DNA from: Macrostomum hystrix
Lineage: Eukaryota > Animalia > Platyhelminthes
Assembly (NCBI GenBank): GCA_950097015.1
Contig: CATNEN010000038.1
Coordinates: 22,568,001-22,632,000 of the forward strand
Direction of reading: 5' to 3'
Length of the DNA stretch: 64,000 nucleotides
The notes below the pieces were generated by a model. That model did no database searches, was not told where the DNA came from, and saw only the letters and a list, made by a program, of their open reading frames with translations. Position numbers and translations under genes: made by a program. Below are positions 37,919 through 51,704 of this stretch, in pieces. Each line of letters opens with the position of its first letter. The stretch's first letter is position 1.

Positions 37919-40900
37919 TCCACTATACTAAAAATGAAATGCTTGCTTGCTTGCTTGCTTGCTTGTAATTGATTTTCTCCCGAGCGGCTCTACCGATTTT
38001 CACCATTTCTTCACCAAAAGATGCCAAATATGGGGACAATTTTACACGTAATTTTATTAAGCTTAACTTTATTGCTAAAGGGATTAAATATTCGAAAAAC
38101 ATGATTTTTCAAAGGTCAAACCATCTTGGCCTATTGAGAATTTTACTCACTGCCGCTGAATTAGAATTGCATCGTCAAATTGCGCAACAACCCCTAGCTG
38201 ATTGAATTTGAAGCCTGCACTCTGGAGACAAATGGGAAATAAATGTACACAACCAACCGCGAGACTGAGTGTACTCTATTTTCTTACTTCATTGTACAAA
38301 GCCAGAACTTTGAGAATTCATTTTATAAGGCTGATTTTTGCACCCACTAACCAACAGTCGGAATAGCCGATGTGTAGGCACTAGGAATAGGTTAGGCTAG
38401 GCTAGGGTTCGATTCTGCACTGCGTCAAATCATTTAGACTAATTTTCAGCCAGTAGTGATTGAAGATTATTTTAATTTATTTTTTCATTTCGTAAATAAA
38501 ATATCATAAATCATAGCAAACCTGAATTTCAATCATGGCAAAAATAGAGCTTGAATCATGGCTAAACAAGCGTCTGAATCATGGCTAAACTGGAGTCTGA
38601 ATCATGGCTAAACCAGAGTCTGAATCATGGCTAAACCAGCGTCTGAATCATGGCTAAACCAGAGTCTGAATCATGGCTAAACCAGAGTCTGAATCATGGC
38701 TTAACCAGAGTTTGAATCATGGCTAAACCAGAGTCTGAATCATGGCTAAACCAGAGCCTGAATCATGGCTAAACCAGAGTCTGAATCATGGCTAAACCAG
38801 CGTCTGAATCATGGCTAAACCAGAGTTTGAATCATGGCTAAACCAGAGTTTGAATCATGGCTTAACCAGAGTTTGAATCATGGCTAAACCAGAGTCTGAA
38901 TCATGGCTTAACCAGAATTTAAATCATGGCTAAACCAGAGTCTGAATCATGGCTAAACCAGCGTCTGAATCATGGCTAAACCAGAGTTTGAATCATGGCT
39001 AAACCAGAGTCTGAATCATGGCTAAAATAAAGTCTGAATCATGGCTAAACCAGAGTCTGAATCATGGCTAAACTAGAGTCTGAATCATGGCTAAACCAGA
39101 GTCTGAATCATGGCTAAACTATAGTCTGAATCATGGCTAAACCAGAGTTTGAACCATGGCTAAACCAGAGTTTGAATCATGGCTAAACCAGAGTCTGAAT
39201 CATGGCAAAACCAGAGTTTCAATCATGGCTAAACAAGAGTTTCAATCATGGCTAAACCAGCGTCTGAATCATGGCTAAACCAGCGTCTGAATCATGGCTA
39301 AACCAGAGTTTGAATCATGGCTAAACCAGAGTTTCAATCATGGCTAAACCAGCGTCTGAATCATGGCTAAACCAGAGTCTGAATCATGGCTAAACCAGAG
39401 TCTGAATCATGGCTAAACCAGAGTCTGAATCATGGCTAAACCAGAGTCTGAATCATGGCTAAACCAGCGTCTGAATCATGGCTAAACCAGAGTTTGAATC
39501 ATGGCTAAACCAGAGTTTGAATCATGGCTAAACCAGAGTTTGAATCATGGCTAAACCAGAGTCTGAATCATGGCTTAACCAGAATTTAAATCATGGCTAA
39601 ACCAGAGTCTGAATCATGGCTTAACCAGAGTCTGAATCATGGCTAAACCAGAGTCTGAATCATGGCTAAACCAGAGTCTGAATCATGGCTAAACTAGAGT
39701 CTGAATCATGGCTAAACCAGCGTCTGAATCATGGCTAAACCAGAGTTTGAATCATAGCTAAACCAGAGACTAAATCATGGCTAAACCATCATCATCAGCA
39801 TGGCTAAACTAGAGTTTGAATCATGGCTAAACCAGAGTTTGAATATTGGCTACACCAGAGTTTGAATCATGGCTAAACCAGAGTCTGAATCATGGCTAAA
39901 CTAGAGTTTGAATCATGGCTAAACCATCATCATCAGCATGGCTAAACTAGAGTTTGAATCATGGCTAAACCAGAGTTTGAATATTGGCTACACCAGAGTT
40001 TGAATCATGGCTAAACCAGAGTCTGAATCATGGCTAAACCAGAGTTTGAATCATGGCTAAACCAGAGTCTGAATCATGGCTAAACCAGCGTCTGAATCAT
40101 GGCTAAAGCAGAGTTTGAATCATGGCTAAACCAGAGACTAAATCATGGCTAAACCAGCGTCTGAATCATGGCTAAACCAGCGTCTGAATCATGGCTAAAC
40201 CAGAGTTTGAATCATGGCTAAACCAGAGACTAAATCATGGCTACACCAGGCTTTGAATCATGGCTAAACCATCATCATCAGCATGGCTAAACCAGAGTTT
40301 GAATCATGGCTAAACCATCATCATCAGCATGGCTAAACTAGAGTTTGAATCATGGCTAAACCAGAGTTTGAATAATAGCTACACCAGAGTTTGAATCATG
40401 GCTAAACCAGAGTCTGAATCATGGCTAAACCATCATCATCAGCATGGCTAAACTAGCGTCTGAATCATGGCTAAACCAGAGTTTGAATCATGGCTAAACA
40501 GAGTTTGAATCATGGCTAAACCAGAGTTTGAATCATAGCCAACCAGAGTTTGAATCTTGGCTAAACCAGAGTTTCAATCATGGCTAACCCAGCGTTTGAA
40601 TCATGGCTAAACCAGAGTTTGAATCATGTCAAAACCAGCGTTTGAATCATGGCTAAACCAGAATTTGAATCATGGCTAAACCAGAGTTTGAATCATGGCT
40701 AAACCAGAGTTTGAATCATAGCCAACCAGAGTCTGAATCATGGCAAAACGAGAGTTTGAATCATAGCCCACCAGGGTTTAAAACATGGCGAAACCTGAGT
40801 TTGAATCTTGGCTAACCCAGCGTTTGAAAAATCAACGTCAACTGGGGAGTCATCATCAAAATGGGGATCATGGTGAACTGGGGGATAATCGTCAACTGGG

Positions 40901-42636
40901 GGATCATGGTAAACTGGGGGATAATTGTCAACTGGGGGATCATTGTCAACTGGGGGATCATTGTCAACTAGGGGGTAATGGTCAACTGGGGGATAATCGT
41001 CAACTGGGGTATCATGGTAAACTGGGGGATAATTGTCAACTGGGGGATCATTGTCAACTGGGGGATCATCATCAACTGGGGGATCATTGTGAACTGGGGG
41101 ATAATTGTCAACTGGGGGATCATTGTCAACTGTGGGATCATTGTCAACTGGGGGATCATTGTCAACTGGGGGATCATTGTCAACTGGGGGATCATTGTCA
41201 ACTGGGGGTTCATTGTCAACTGGGGGATCATTGTCAACTGGGGGGATCATTGTCAACTGGGGGATCATTGTCAACTGGGGGTTCATTGTCAACTGGGGGT
41301 TCATTGTCAACTGTGGGATCATTGTCAACGGGCGGGATCATTGTCAACTGGGTGATCATTGTCAACTGGGGGATCGTTGTCAACGTGGTTCATTGTTAAC
41401 TGGGGGATCATTGTCAACTGGGGGATCATCATCAACTGGGGGATCATCATCAACTGGCGGATCATTGTCAACTGGGGGTTCATTGTCAACTGTGGGATCA
41501 TTGTCAACGGGCGGGATCATTGTCGACTGGGGAATCATTGTCAACTGGGGGATCATTGTCAACTGGGGGATCATTGTCAACTGGGTGATCATCATCAACT
41601 GGGGGATCATTGTCAACTGGGGGAACATTGTCAACTGGAGGAAAATTGTTAACTGGGGATCATCATCAATGGGGAGTCATCATCAACTGGGGGATCATTG
41701 TGAACTGGGGGATCTTTGTTAACTTGGGGATCATTGTCAACTGGGGGATCATTGTCAACTGGGGGATCATTTTCAACTGGGGGATCATCATCAACTGGCG
41801 GATCATTGTCAACTGGGGGTTCATTGTCAACTGTGGGATCATTGTCAACGGGCGGGATCATTGTCAACTGGGGAATCATTGTCAACTGGGGGATCATTGT
41901 CAACTGGGGGATCATTGTCAACTGGGTGATCATCATCAACTGGGGGATCATTGTCAACTGGGGGAACATTGTCAACTGGAGGAACATTGTTAACTGGGGA
42001 TCATCATCAATGGGGAGTCATCATCAACTAGGGGATCATTGTGAACTGGTGGATCTTTGTTAACTTGGGGATCATTGTCAACTGGGGGATCATTGTCAAC
42101 TGGGGGATTATTGTCAACTGCATGGGGGATCATTTTCAACTGGGGGATCATCATCAACTGGGGGATCATCATCAACTGGGGGATCATTGTGAACTGGGGA
42201 TCTTTGTCAACTGGGGGATCATTGTCAACTGTGGGATCATTGTCAACTGGGGGATCATTGTCAACTGGGGGATCATTGTCAACTGGGGGATCATTGTCAA
42301 CTGGGGGTTCATTGTCAACTGGGGGTTCATTGTCAACTGGGGGATCATTGTCAACTGGGGGATAATTGTCAACTAGGGATCATCATCAACTAGGGGATCA
42401 TCATCAACTGGGGGATCATTGTCAACTGGGGGTTCATTGTCAACTGGGGGTTCATTGTCAACTGGGGGATCATTGTCAACTGGGGGATAATTGTCAACTA
42501 GGGATCATCATCAACTAGGGGATCATCATCAACTGGGGGATCATTGTCAACTGGGGGTTCATTGAAGCTATAAAAAGCTGTAAATTCAGCTGCTAAAAAG
42601 TATTTCTGCTCCCCGAAGGGGGGCAAAACTTGCTAG
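37919..42636 (+). mobile_element. Helitron-like copy B (4718 bp), head-to-tail with A
   Basis: Junction CTAG|TCCACTATAC at 37918/37919; same modular structure. Confidence 0.88.
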
Positions 42637-45600
42637 TCCACTATACTAAAAATGAAATGCTTGCTTGCTTGCTTGCTTGCTTGTAATTGATTTTCTCCCG
42701 AGCGGCTCTACCGATTTTCACCATTTCTTCACCAAAAGATGCCAAATATGGGGACAATTTTACACGTAATTTTATTAAGCTTAACTTTATTGCTAAAGGG
42801 ATTAAATATTCGAAAAACATGATTTTTCAAAGGTCAAACCATCTTGGCCTATTGAGAATTTTACTCACTGCCGCTGAATTAGAATTGCATCGTCAAATTG
42901 CGCAACAACCCCTAGCTGATTGAATTTGAAGCCTGCACTCTGGAGACAAATGGGAAATAAATGTACACAACCAACCGCGAGACTGAGTGTACTCTATTTT
43001 CTTACTTCATTGTACAAAGCCAGAACTTTGAGAATTCATTTTATAAGGCTGATTTTTGCACCCACTAACCAACAGTCGGAATAGCCGATGTGTAGGCACT
43101 AGGAATAGGTTAGGCTAGGCTAGGGTTCGATTCTGCACTGCGTCAAATCATTTAGACTAATTTTCAGCCAGTAGTGATTGAAGATTATTTTAATTTATTT
43201 TTTCATTTCGTAAATAAAATATCATAAATCATAGCAAACCTGAATTTCAATCATGGCAAAAATAGAGCTTGAATCATGGCTAAACAAGCGTCTGAATCAT
43301 GGCTAAACTGGAGTCTGAATCATGGCTAAACCAGAGTCTGAATCATGGCTAAACCAGCGTCTGAATCATGGCTAAACCAGAGTCTGAATCATGGCTAAAC
43401 CAGAGTCTGAATCATGGCTTAACCAGAGTTTGAATCATGGCTAAACCAGAGTCTGAATCATGGCTAAACCAGAGCCTGAATCATGGCTAAACCAGAGTCT
43501 GAATCATGGCTAAACCAGCGTCTGAATCATGGCTAAACCAGAGTTTGAATCATGGCTAAACCAGAGTTTGAATCATGGCTTAACCAGAGTTTGAATCATG
43601 GCTAAACCAGAGTCTGAATCATGGCTTAACCAGAATTTAAATCATGGCTAAACCAGAGTCTGAATCATGGCTAAACCAGCGTCTGAATCATGGCTAAACC
43701 AGAGTTTGAATCATGGCTAAACCAGAGTTTGAATCATGGCTTAACCAGAGTTTGAATCATGGCTAAACCAGAGTCTGAATCATGGCTTAACCAGAATTTA
43801 AATCATGGCTAAACCAGAGTCTGAATCATGGCTAAACCAGAGTCTGAATCATGGCTAAACCAGAGTCTGAATCATGGCTAAACCAGAGTCTGAATCATGG
43901 CTAAACCAGAGTCTGAATCATGGCTAAACCAGAGTCTGAATCATGGCTAAACCAGAGTTTGAATCATGGCTAAACCAGAGTTTGAATCATGGCTTAACCA
44001 GAGTTTGAATCATGGCTAAACCAGAGTCTGAATCATGGCTTAACCAGAATTTAAATCATGGCTAAACCAGAGTCTGAATCATGGCTAAACCAGAGTCTGA
44101 ATCATGGCTAAACCAGAGTCTGAATCATGGCAAAACTGGAGTCTGAATCATGGCTAAACCATAGTCTGAAGCATGGCTAAAATAGAGTCTGAATCATGGC
44201 TAAACCAGCGTCTGAATCATGGCTAAACTAGAGTCTGAATCATGGCTAAACCAGAGTCTGAATCATGGCTAAACTAGAGTCTGAATCATGGCTAAACCAG
44301 CGTCTGAATCATGGCTAAACCAGAGTTTGAATCATGGCTAAACCAGAGTTTCAATCATGGCTAAACCAGCGTCTGAATCATGGCTAAACCAGCGTCTGAA
44401 TCATGGCTAAACCAGAGCCTGAATCATGGCTAAACCAGAGTCTGAATCATGGCTAAACCAGCGTCTGAATCATGGCTAAACCAGAGTTTGAATCATGGCT
44501 AAACCAGAGTTTGAATCATGGCTTAACCAGAGTTTGAATCATGGCTAAACCAGAGTCTGAATCATGGCTTAACCAGAATTTAAATCATGGCTAAACCAGA
44601 GTCTGAATCATGGCTAAACCAGCGTCTGAATCATGGCTAAACCAGAGTTTGAATCATGGCTAAACCAGAGTTTGAATCATGGCTTAACCAGAGTTTGAAT
44701 CATGGCTAAACCAGAGTCTGAATCATGGCTTAACCAGAATTTAAATCATGGCTAAACCAGAGTCTGAATCATGGCTTAACCAGAGTCTGAATCATGGCTA
44801 AACCAGAGTCTGAATCATGGCTAAACCAGAGTCTGAATCATGGCTAAACTAGAGTCTGAATCATGGCTAAACCAGAGTCTGAATCATGGCTAAACCAGAG
44901 TTTGAATCATGGCTAAACCAGAGTTTGAATCATGGCTTAACCAGAGTTTGAATCATGGCTAAACCAGAGTCTGAATCATGGCTTAACCAGAATTTAAATC
45001 ATGGCTAAACCAGAGTCTGAATCATGGCTAAACCAGAGTCTGAATCATGGCTAAACCAGAGTCTGAATCATGGCAAAACTGGAGTCTGAATCATGGCTAA
45101 ACCATAGTCTGAAGCATGGCTAAAATAGAGTCTGAATCATGGCTAAACCATCATCATCAGCATGGCTAAACCAGAGTTTGAATCATGGCTAAACCAGAGT
45201 TTGAATCATGGCTTAACCAGAGTTTGAATCATGGCTAAACCAGAGTCTGAATCATGGCTTAACCAGAATTTAAATCATGGCTAAACCAGAGTCTGAATCA
45301 TGGCTAAACCAGCGTCTGAATCATGGCTAAACCAGAGTTTGAATCATGGCTAAACCAGAGTTTGAATCATGGCTTAACCAGAGTTTGAATCATGGCTAAA
45401 CCAGAGTCTGAATCATGGCTTAACCAGAATTTAAATCATGGCTAAACCAGAGTCTGAATCATGGCTTAACCAGAGTCTGAATCATGGCTAAACCAGAGTC
45501 TGAATCATGGCTAAACCAGAGTCTGAATCATGGCTAAACTAGAGTCTGAATCATGGCTAAACCAGAGTCTGAATCATGGCTAAACCAGAGTTTGAATCAT

Positions 45601-48600
45601 GGCTAAACCAGAGTTTGAATCATGGCTTAACCAGAGTTTGAATCATGGCTAAACCAGAGTCTGAATCATGGCTTAACCAGAATTTAAATCATGGCTAAAC
45701 CAGAGTCTGAATCATGGCTAAACCAGAGTCTGAATCATGGCTAAACCAGAGTCTGAATCATGGCAAAACTGGAGTCTGAATCATGGCTAAACCATAGTCT
45801 GAAGCATGGCTAAAATAGAGTCTGAATCATGGCTAAACCATCATCATCAGCATGGCTAAACTAGAGTTTGATTCATGGCTAAACCAGAGTTTGAATATTG
45901 GCTACACCAGAGTTTCAATCATGGCTAAACCAGAGTCTGAATCATGGCTAAACCAGAGTTTGAATCATGGCTAAACCAGAGTCTGAATCATGGCTAAACC
46001 AGCGTCTGAATCATGGCTAAAGCAGAGTTTGAATCATGGCTAAACCAGAGACTAAATCATGGCTAAACCAGCGTCTGAATCATGGCTAAACCAGCGTCTG
46101 AATCATGGCTAAACCAGAGTTTGAATCATGGCTAAACCAGAGACTAAATCATGGCTACACCAGGCTTTGAATCATGGCTAAACCATCATCATCAGCATGG
46201 CTAAACCAGAGTTTGAATCATGGCTAAACCATCATCATCAGCATGGCTAAACTAGAGTTTGAATCATGGCTAAACCAGAGTTTGAATAATAGCTACACCA
46301 GAGTTTGAATCATGGCTAAACCAGAGTCTGAATCATGGCTAAACCATCATCATCAGCATGGCTAAACTAGCGTCTGAATCATGGCTAAACCAGAGTTTGA
46401 ATCATGGCTAAAACAGAGTTTGAATCATGGCTAAACCAGAGTTTGAATCATAGCCAACCAGAGTTTGAATCTTGGCTAAACCAGAGTTTCAATCATGGCT
46501 AACCCAGCGTTTGAATCATGGCTAAACCAGAGTTTGAATCATGTCAAAACCAGCGTTTGAATCATGGCTAAACCAGAATTTGAATCATGGCTAAACCAGA
46601 GTTTGAATCATGGCTAAACCAGAGTTTGAATCATAGCCAACCAGAGTCTGAATCATGGCAAAACGAGAGTTTGAATCATAGCCCACCAGGGTTTAAAACA
46701 TGGCGAAACCTGAGTTTGAATCTTGGCTAACCCAGCGTTTGAAAAATCAACGTCAACTGGGGAGTCATCATCAAAATGGGGATCATGGTGAACTGGGGGA
46801 TAATCGTCAACTGGGGGATCATGGTAAACTGGGGGATAATTGTCAACTGGGGGATCATTGTCAACTGGGGGATCATTGTCAACTAGGGGGTAATGGTCAA
46901 CTGGGGGATAATCGTCAACTGGGGTATCATGGTAAACTGGGGGATAATTGTCAACTGGGGGATCATTGTCAACTGGGGGATCATCATCAACTGGGGGATC
47001 ATTGTGAACTGGGGGATAATTGTCAACTGGGGGATCATTGTCAACTGAATCATTTGAATCATAGCCAACCAGAGTTTGAATCTTGGCTAAACCAGAGTTT
47101 CAATCATGGCTAACCCAGCGTTTGAATCATGGCTAAACCAGAGTCTGAATCATGGCTAAACCAGCGTCTGAATCATGGCTAAACCAGAGTTTGAATCATG
47201 GCTAAACCAGAGTTTCAATCATGGCTAAACCAGCGTCTGAATCATGGCTAAACCAGCGTCTGAATCATGGCTAAACCAGCGTCTGAATCATGGCTAAACC
47301 ATAGTCTGAATCATGGCTAAACTAGAGTCTGAATCATGGCTAAACCAGAGTCTGAATCATGGCTAAACTAGAGTCTGAATCATGGCTAAACCAGAGTCTG
47401 AATCATGGCTAAACTAGAGTCTGAATCATGGCTAAACCAGAGTCTGAATCATGGCTAAACTAGAGTCTGAATCATGGCTAAACTAGAGTCTGAATCATGG
47501 CTAAACCAGAATTTAAATCATGGCTAAACCAGAGTCTGAATCATGGCTTAACCAGAGTCTGAATCATGGCTAAACTAGAGTCTGAATCATGGCAAACTGG
47601 AGTCTGAATCATGGCTAAACCATAGTCTGAATCATGGCTAAACCAGAGTCTGAATCATGGCTAAACCAGAGTCTGAATCATGGCTTAACCAGAGTTTGAA
47701 TCATGGCTAAACCAGAGTCTGAATCATGGCTAAACCAGAGTTTGAATCATGGCTAACCCAGCGTTTGAATCATTGCTAAACCAGAACTGGTGGATAATCG
47801 TCAACTGGGGGATCATGGTAAACTGGGGGATAATTGTCAACTGGGGGATCATTGTCAACTGGAGGATCATTGGCAACTGGGGGATAATTGTCAACTGGGG
47901 GATAATTGTCACGGGGAAACATCACCAAATGCGGGATCATAATCAACTAGGGGATCATTGTCAACTAGGGGATCATGTTCAACTGGGGGAACATTGTCAA
48001 CTGGGATCACCATCAATGGGGGATCATAGTCAACTGAGAGATAATTGTCGACTGGGGGATAATCGTCAACTGGGGGATCATGGTCAACTGGAGGATCATT
48101 GTCAACGGGGGGATAGTTGTCAACTGGGGGATAATTGTCAACTGGGGGATCATTGTCAACTGGGAGATCATTGTCAATGTCAACTGGGGGATCATTTTCA
48201 ACTGGGGATCATTGTCAACTGGGGGTTTATCATCACCCGGAGGATCATTGTGAACTGGGGGGATCATTGTCAACTTGTTGATCATCATCAACTGGGGGAT
48301 CATTGTCAACTGTGGGAACATTGTCAACTGGGGGAACGTTGTCAACTGGAGATTATCATCAATGGGGAGTCATCATTAACTGGGGGATCATTGTCAACTG
48401 CGTGATCATCATCAATTGGGGGATTATTGTCAACTCGGGGATCATTGTCAGCTGTGGGAACATTGTCAACTGGGGATCATCATCAATGGGGAGTCATCAT
48501 TAACTGGGGGATCATTGTCAACTGCGTGATCATCATCAATTGAGGGATTATTGTCAACTGGGGGATCATAATCAACTGCGTGATCATCATCAATTGAGGG

Positions 48601-48859
48601 ATTATTGTCAACTGGGGGATCATAATCAACTGCGTGATCATCATCAATTGGGGGATTATTGTCAACGGGGGGATCATTGTCAACTGGGGGATCATTGTCA
48701 ACTGGGGGATTATTGTCAACTGGGGGATCTTTATCAACTGGGGGATCATTGTCAACTGATCATTGTAGCGTAAAAAGGCTGAAAATGCAGCTGCTAAAAA
48801 GTGTATACTGGACGAAATCAAAATATTTCTGCTCCCCGAAGGGGGGCAAAACTTGCTAG
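42637..48859 (+). mobile_element. Helitron-like copy C (6223 bp), head-to-tail with B; array order 23/18/23/18
   Basis: Junction CTAG|TCCA at 42636/42637; ends CTAG|T at 48859/48860. Confidence 0.88.
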
Positions 48860-49237
48860 TTCGCTACTAAACATGCTAAGGTGAAAAGAATTTTCGTTTA
48901 AGAGATGGCTGCATGGCGAGTATATTTATAGCCGAAAACAAACAACGCGAGAGATAGAGGGGCCTAGGGAGGTGTGAAAAGGTGGCGTGACTTCGCAACC
49001 CCGCTCTTAGCCAGCCGGCTGGCTGATTGCACCCACAGCAACTCAACTAGACTGAGGCGGAGGCGTTGTTAGTGCAGCTGCACCAGTCGCGTTTTGTCCG
49101 GCCGCCACAAGACTATCTTTATTTGAAGTTTCATTTCAGAAGTGACCGTACGCGAATGTCATTTGTTACTGTACTGAGTGTCATTACCATTACTGTCATT
49201 TTTACAGTAATGGTTGAGGGTGCCCTGTAAAGGGTGC

Positions 49238-49768
49238 CATTCATTACCCTGACTGTCATTTGTTACCGTAGAGTGCGTCATTCATTACCCTGGCTGTCAT
49301 TTGTTACCGTAGAGTGCGTCATTCATTACCCTGGCTGTCATTTGTTACCGTAGAGTGCGTCATTCATTACCCTGGCTGTCATTTGTTACCGTAGAGTGCG
49401 TCATTCATTACCCTGGCTGTCATTTGTTACCGTAGAGTGCGTCATTCATTACCCTGGCTGTCATTTGTTACCGTAGAGTGCGTCATTCATTACCCTGGCT
49501 GTCATTTGTTACCGTAGAGTGCGTCATTCATTACCCTGGCTGTCATTTGTTACCGTAGAGTGCATCATTCATTACCCTGACTGTCATTTGTTACCGTAGA
49601 GTGCGTGCGTCATTCATTACCCTGACTGTCATTTGTTACCGTAGAGTGCGTCATTCATTACCCTGACTGTCATTTGTTACCGTAGAGTGCGTCATTCATT
49701 ACCCTGACTGTCATTTGTTACCGTAGAGTGCGTCATTCATTACCCTGACTGTCATTTGTTACCGTAGA
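49238..49768. repeat. 41-bp minisatellite (CATTCATTACCCTGGCTGTCATTTGTTACCGTAGAGTGCGT), about 13 copies
   Basis: Visible tandem array with degenerate copies at about 49145-49237. Confidence 0.94.
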
Positions 49769-50309
49769 CTCTGTCACGCAACAAGCGTAAATTGAAGAAC
49801 TTAAATAAATTTCAAATCAGATTAAGTTTCATTTTAATTTCAAATGACTATCAATTCCCAATGCTAATCTGTTACTTAGGGTCCGAACAAGCCTGGAAAC
49901 TAAATTCTACATAAAACAGCAACAACTACAATTCCAGTTAATAGAATGGCAATCCAAAAATAGGCAATGCATAGACGATGTAAATAAACAAACTTCCACA
50001 TATAGATTTAATCCGACACAATCTAGAAATTTCACGTAGATGTGCACAGTGAGAATAAACTGTTATTCAGTTAGCTTATATATTAGCAACTATATGCTGC
50101 TTAGCACGCAATAGTAATAGCCAATTCAGCTTTGGGCAAGCTAAAATAGGTTTTCGCGATCTAAATGAATCATCTGTTAGCCTAGGTCAGATTGGAAAGA
50201 AATGCAATTTTGTAAGTTAGCTCTAGCGGATTTACTAAACTGCGCAGTTCAGTTGGAGACGGTCCAAACTATCCGGATATCCGGAAAGTGTTTTGCAAAC
50301 CGTGGAATA

Positions 50310-51310
50310 GGATGCGTGGTATAGGATAAGAGTAGGTGGGATGGGATTAGGGAGGTTGGGATAGGATTAGAGTAGGTGGGATGGGATTAGGGAGGTTGGG
50401 ATAGGATTAGAGTAGGTGGGATGGGATTAGGGAGGTTGGGATAGGATTAGAGAAGGTGGGATGGGATTAGGGAGGTTGGGATAGGATTAGAGTAGGTGGG
50501 ATGGGATTAGGGAGGTTGGGATAGGATTAGAGTAGGTGGGATGGGATTAGGGTGGTTGAGAAAGGATTAGGGTGATTGGGATAGGATTAGGGTGACTGGG
50601 ATAGGATTAGGGTGACTGAGATAGTATTAGGGAGGTTGGGATAGGATTAGGGTGGTTGGGATAGGATTAGGGAGGTTGGGATAGGATTAGGGTGAGTGGG
50701 ATAGGATTAGGGTGGTTGGGATAGGATTAGGGTGGTTGGGATAGGATTAGGGTGACTGGGATAGGATTAGGGTGACTGGGATAGGATTAGGGAGGTTGGG
50801 ATAGGATTAGGGTGACTGGGATAGGATTAGGGTGGTTGGGATAGGATTAGGGTGACTGGGATAGGATTAGGGTGACTGGGATAGGATTAGGGACGTTGGG
50901 ATAGGATTAGGGTGGTTGGGATAGGATTAGGGTGGTTGGGATATTATAATAATCGTTGGGATAGGATTAGGGTGACTGGGATAGGATTAGGGTGACTGGG
51001 ATAGGATTAGGGACGTTGGGATAGGATTAGGGTGGTTGGGATAGGATTAGGGTGACTGGGATAGGATTAGGGTGACTGGGATAGGATTAGGGACGTTGGG
51101 ATAGGATTAGGGTGGTTGGGATAGGATTAGGGTGGTTGGGATAGGATTAGGGTGACTGGGATAGGATTAGGGTGACTGGGATAGGACTAGGGTGGTTGGG
51201 ATATGATAATAATCGTTGGGATAGGATTAAGATGGTTGGAATATATTAAGGATGAGTTGGGAATAAGATAAGGATGAGTGGGATGGGATCAAGAAGGTTG
51301 GGATGGGAAT
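50310..51310. repeat. 20-bp G-rich minisatellite (GGGATAGGATTAGGGTGGTT), first part as 40-bp dimers
   Basis: Visible tandem array; most units contain TTAGGG. Confidence 0.95.
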
Positions 51311-51704
51311 TTCGTCCCTCGATAGCGATACTATCGGTCTAAGTTAGACTGTGCATGCACGCAACGGCTAGACAAACTGAATTATGAATTCTGAAAGATT
51401 TTGAGCTCAAAATATCGATTGATTTACAGCACGCCACAGCTTACACCTTGATAAGCTTGGGTTAAAAGCGAGAACAATGAAAGCAAAACAGAAGACACAA
51501 AAGAAAAAATACAGACTTATATAGAGAAATTTTGAGTCTAGAAACTTCACGGAGCTGACAAATTATAGTTCGAAAGCAATCACTCAATCGGCCTTATAAA
51601 CTTTCTTTAAAAAGCAGAGCTGGTTCAGAAAACTAGCAAAACAAAAGACAAAAAACACGATGACACTCTGGAGACTCAATGTCAAGTATCCTCAAGGATC
51701 TGTA

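Noticed and set aside
49238-49768. CRISPR-like regular repeats (also the 23-bp and 42-bp arrays)
   Set aside because: Units are directly adjacent with no unique spacers, no cas genes, and the context is eukaryotic.
49009-50285. Perfect palindromes AGCCAGCCGGCTGGCT (49009-49024) and TCCGGATATCCGGA (50272-50285)
   Set aside because: Isolated, with no matching termini or other evidence of function.
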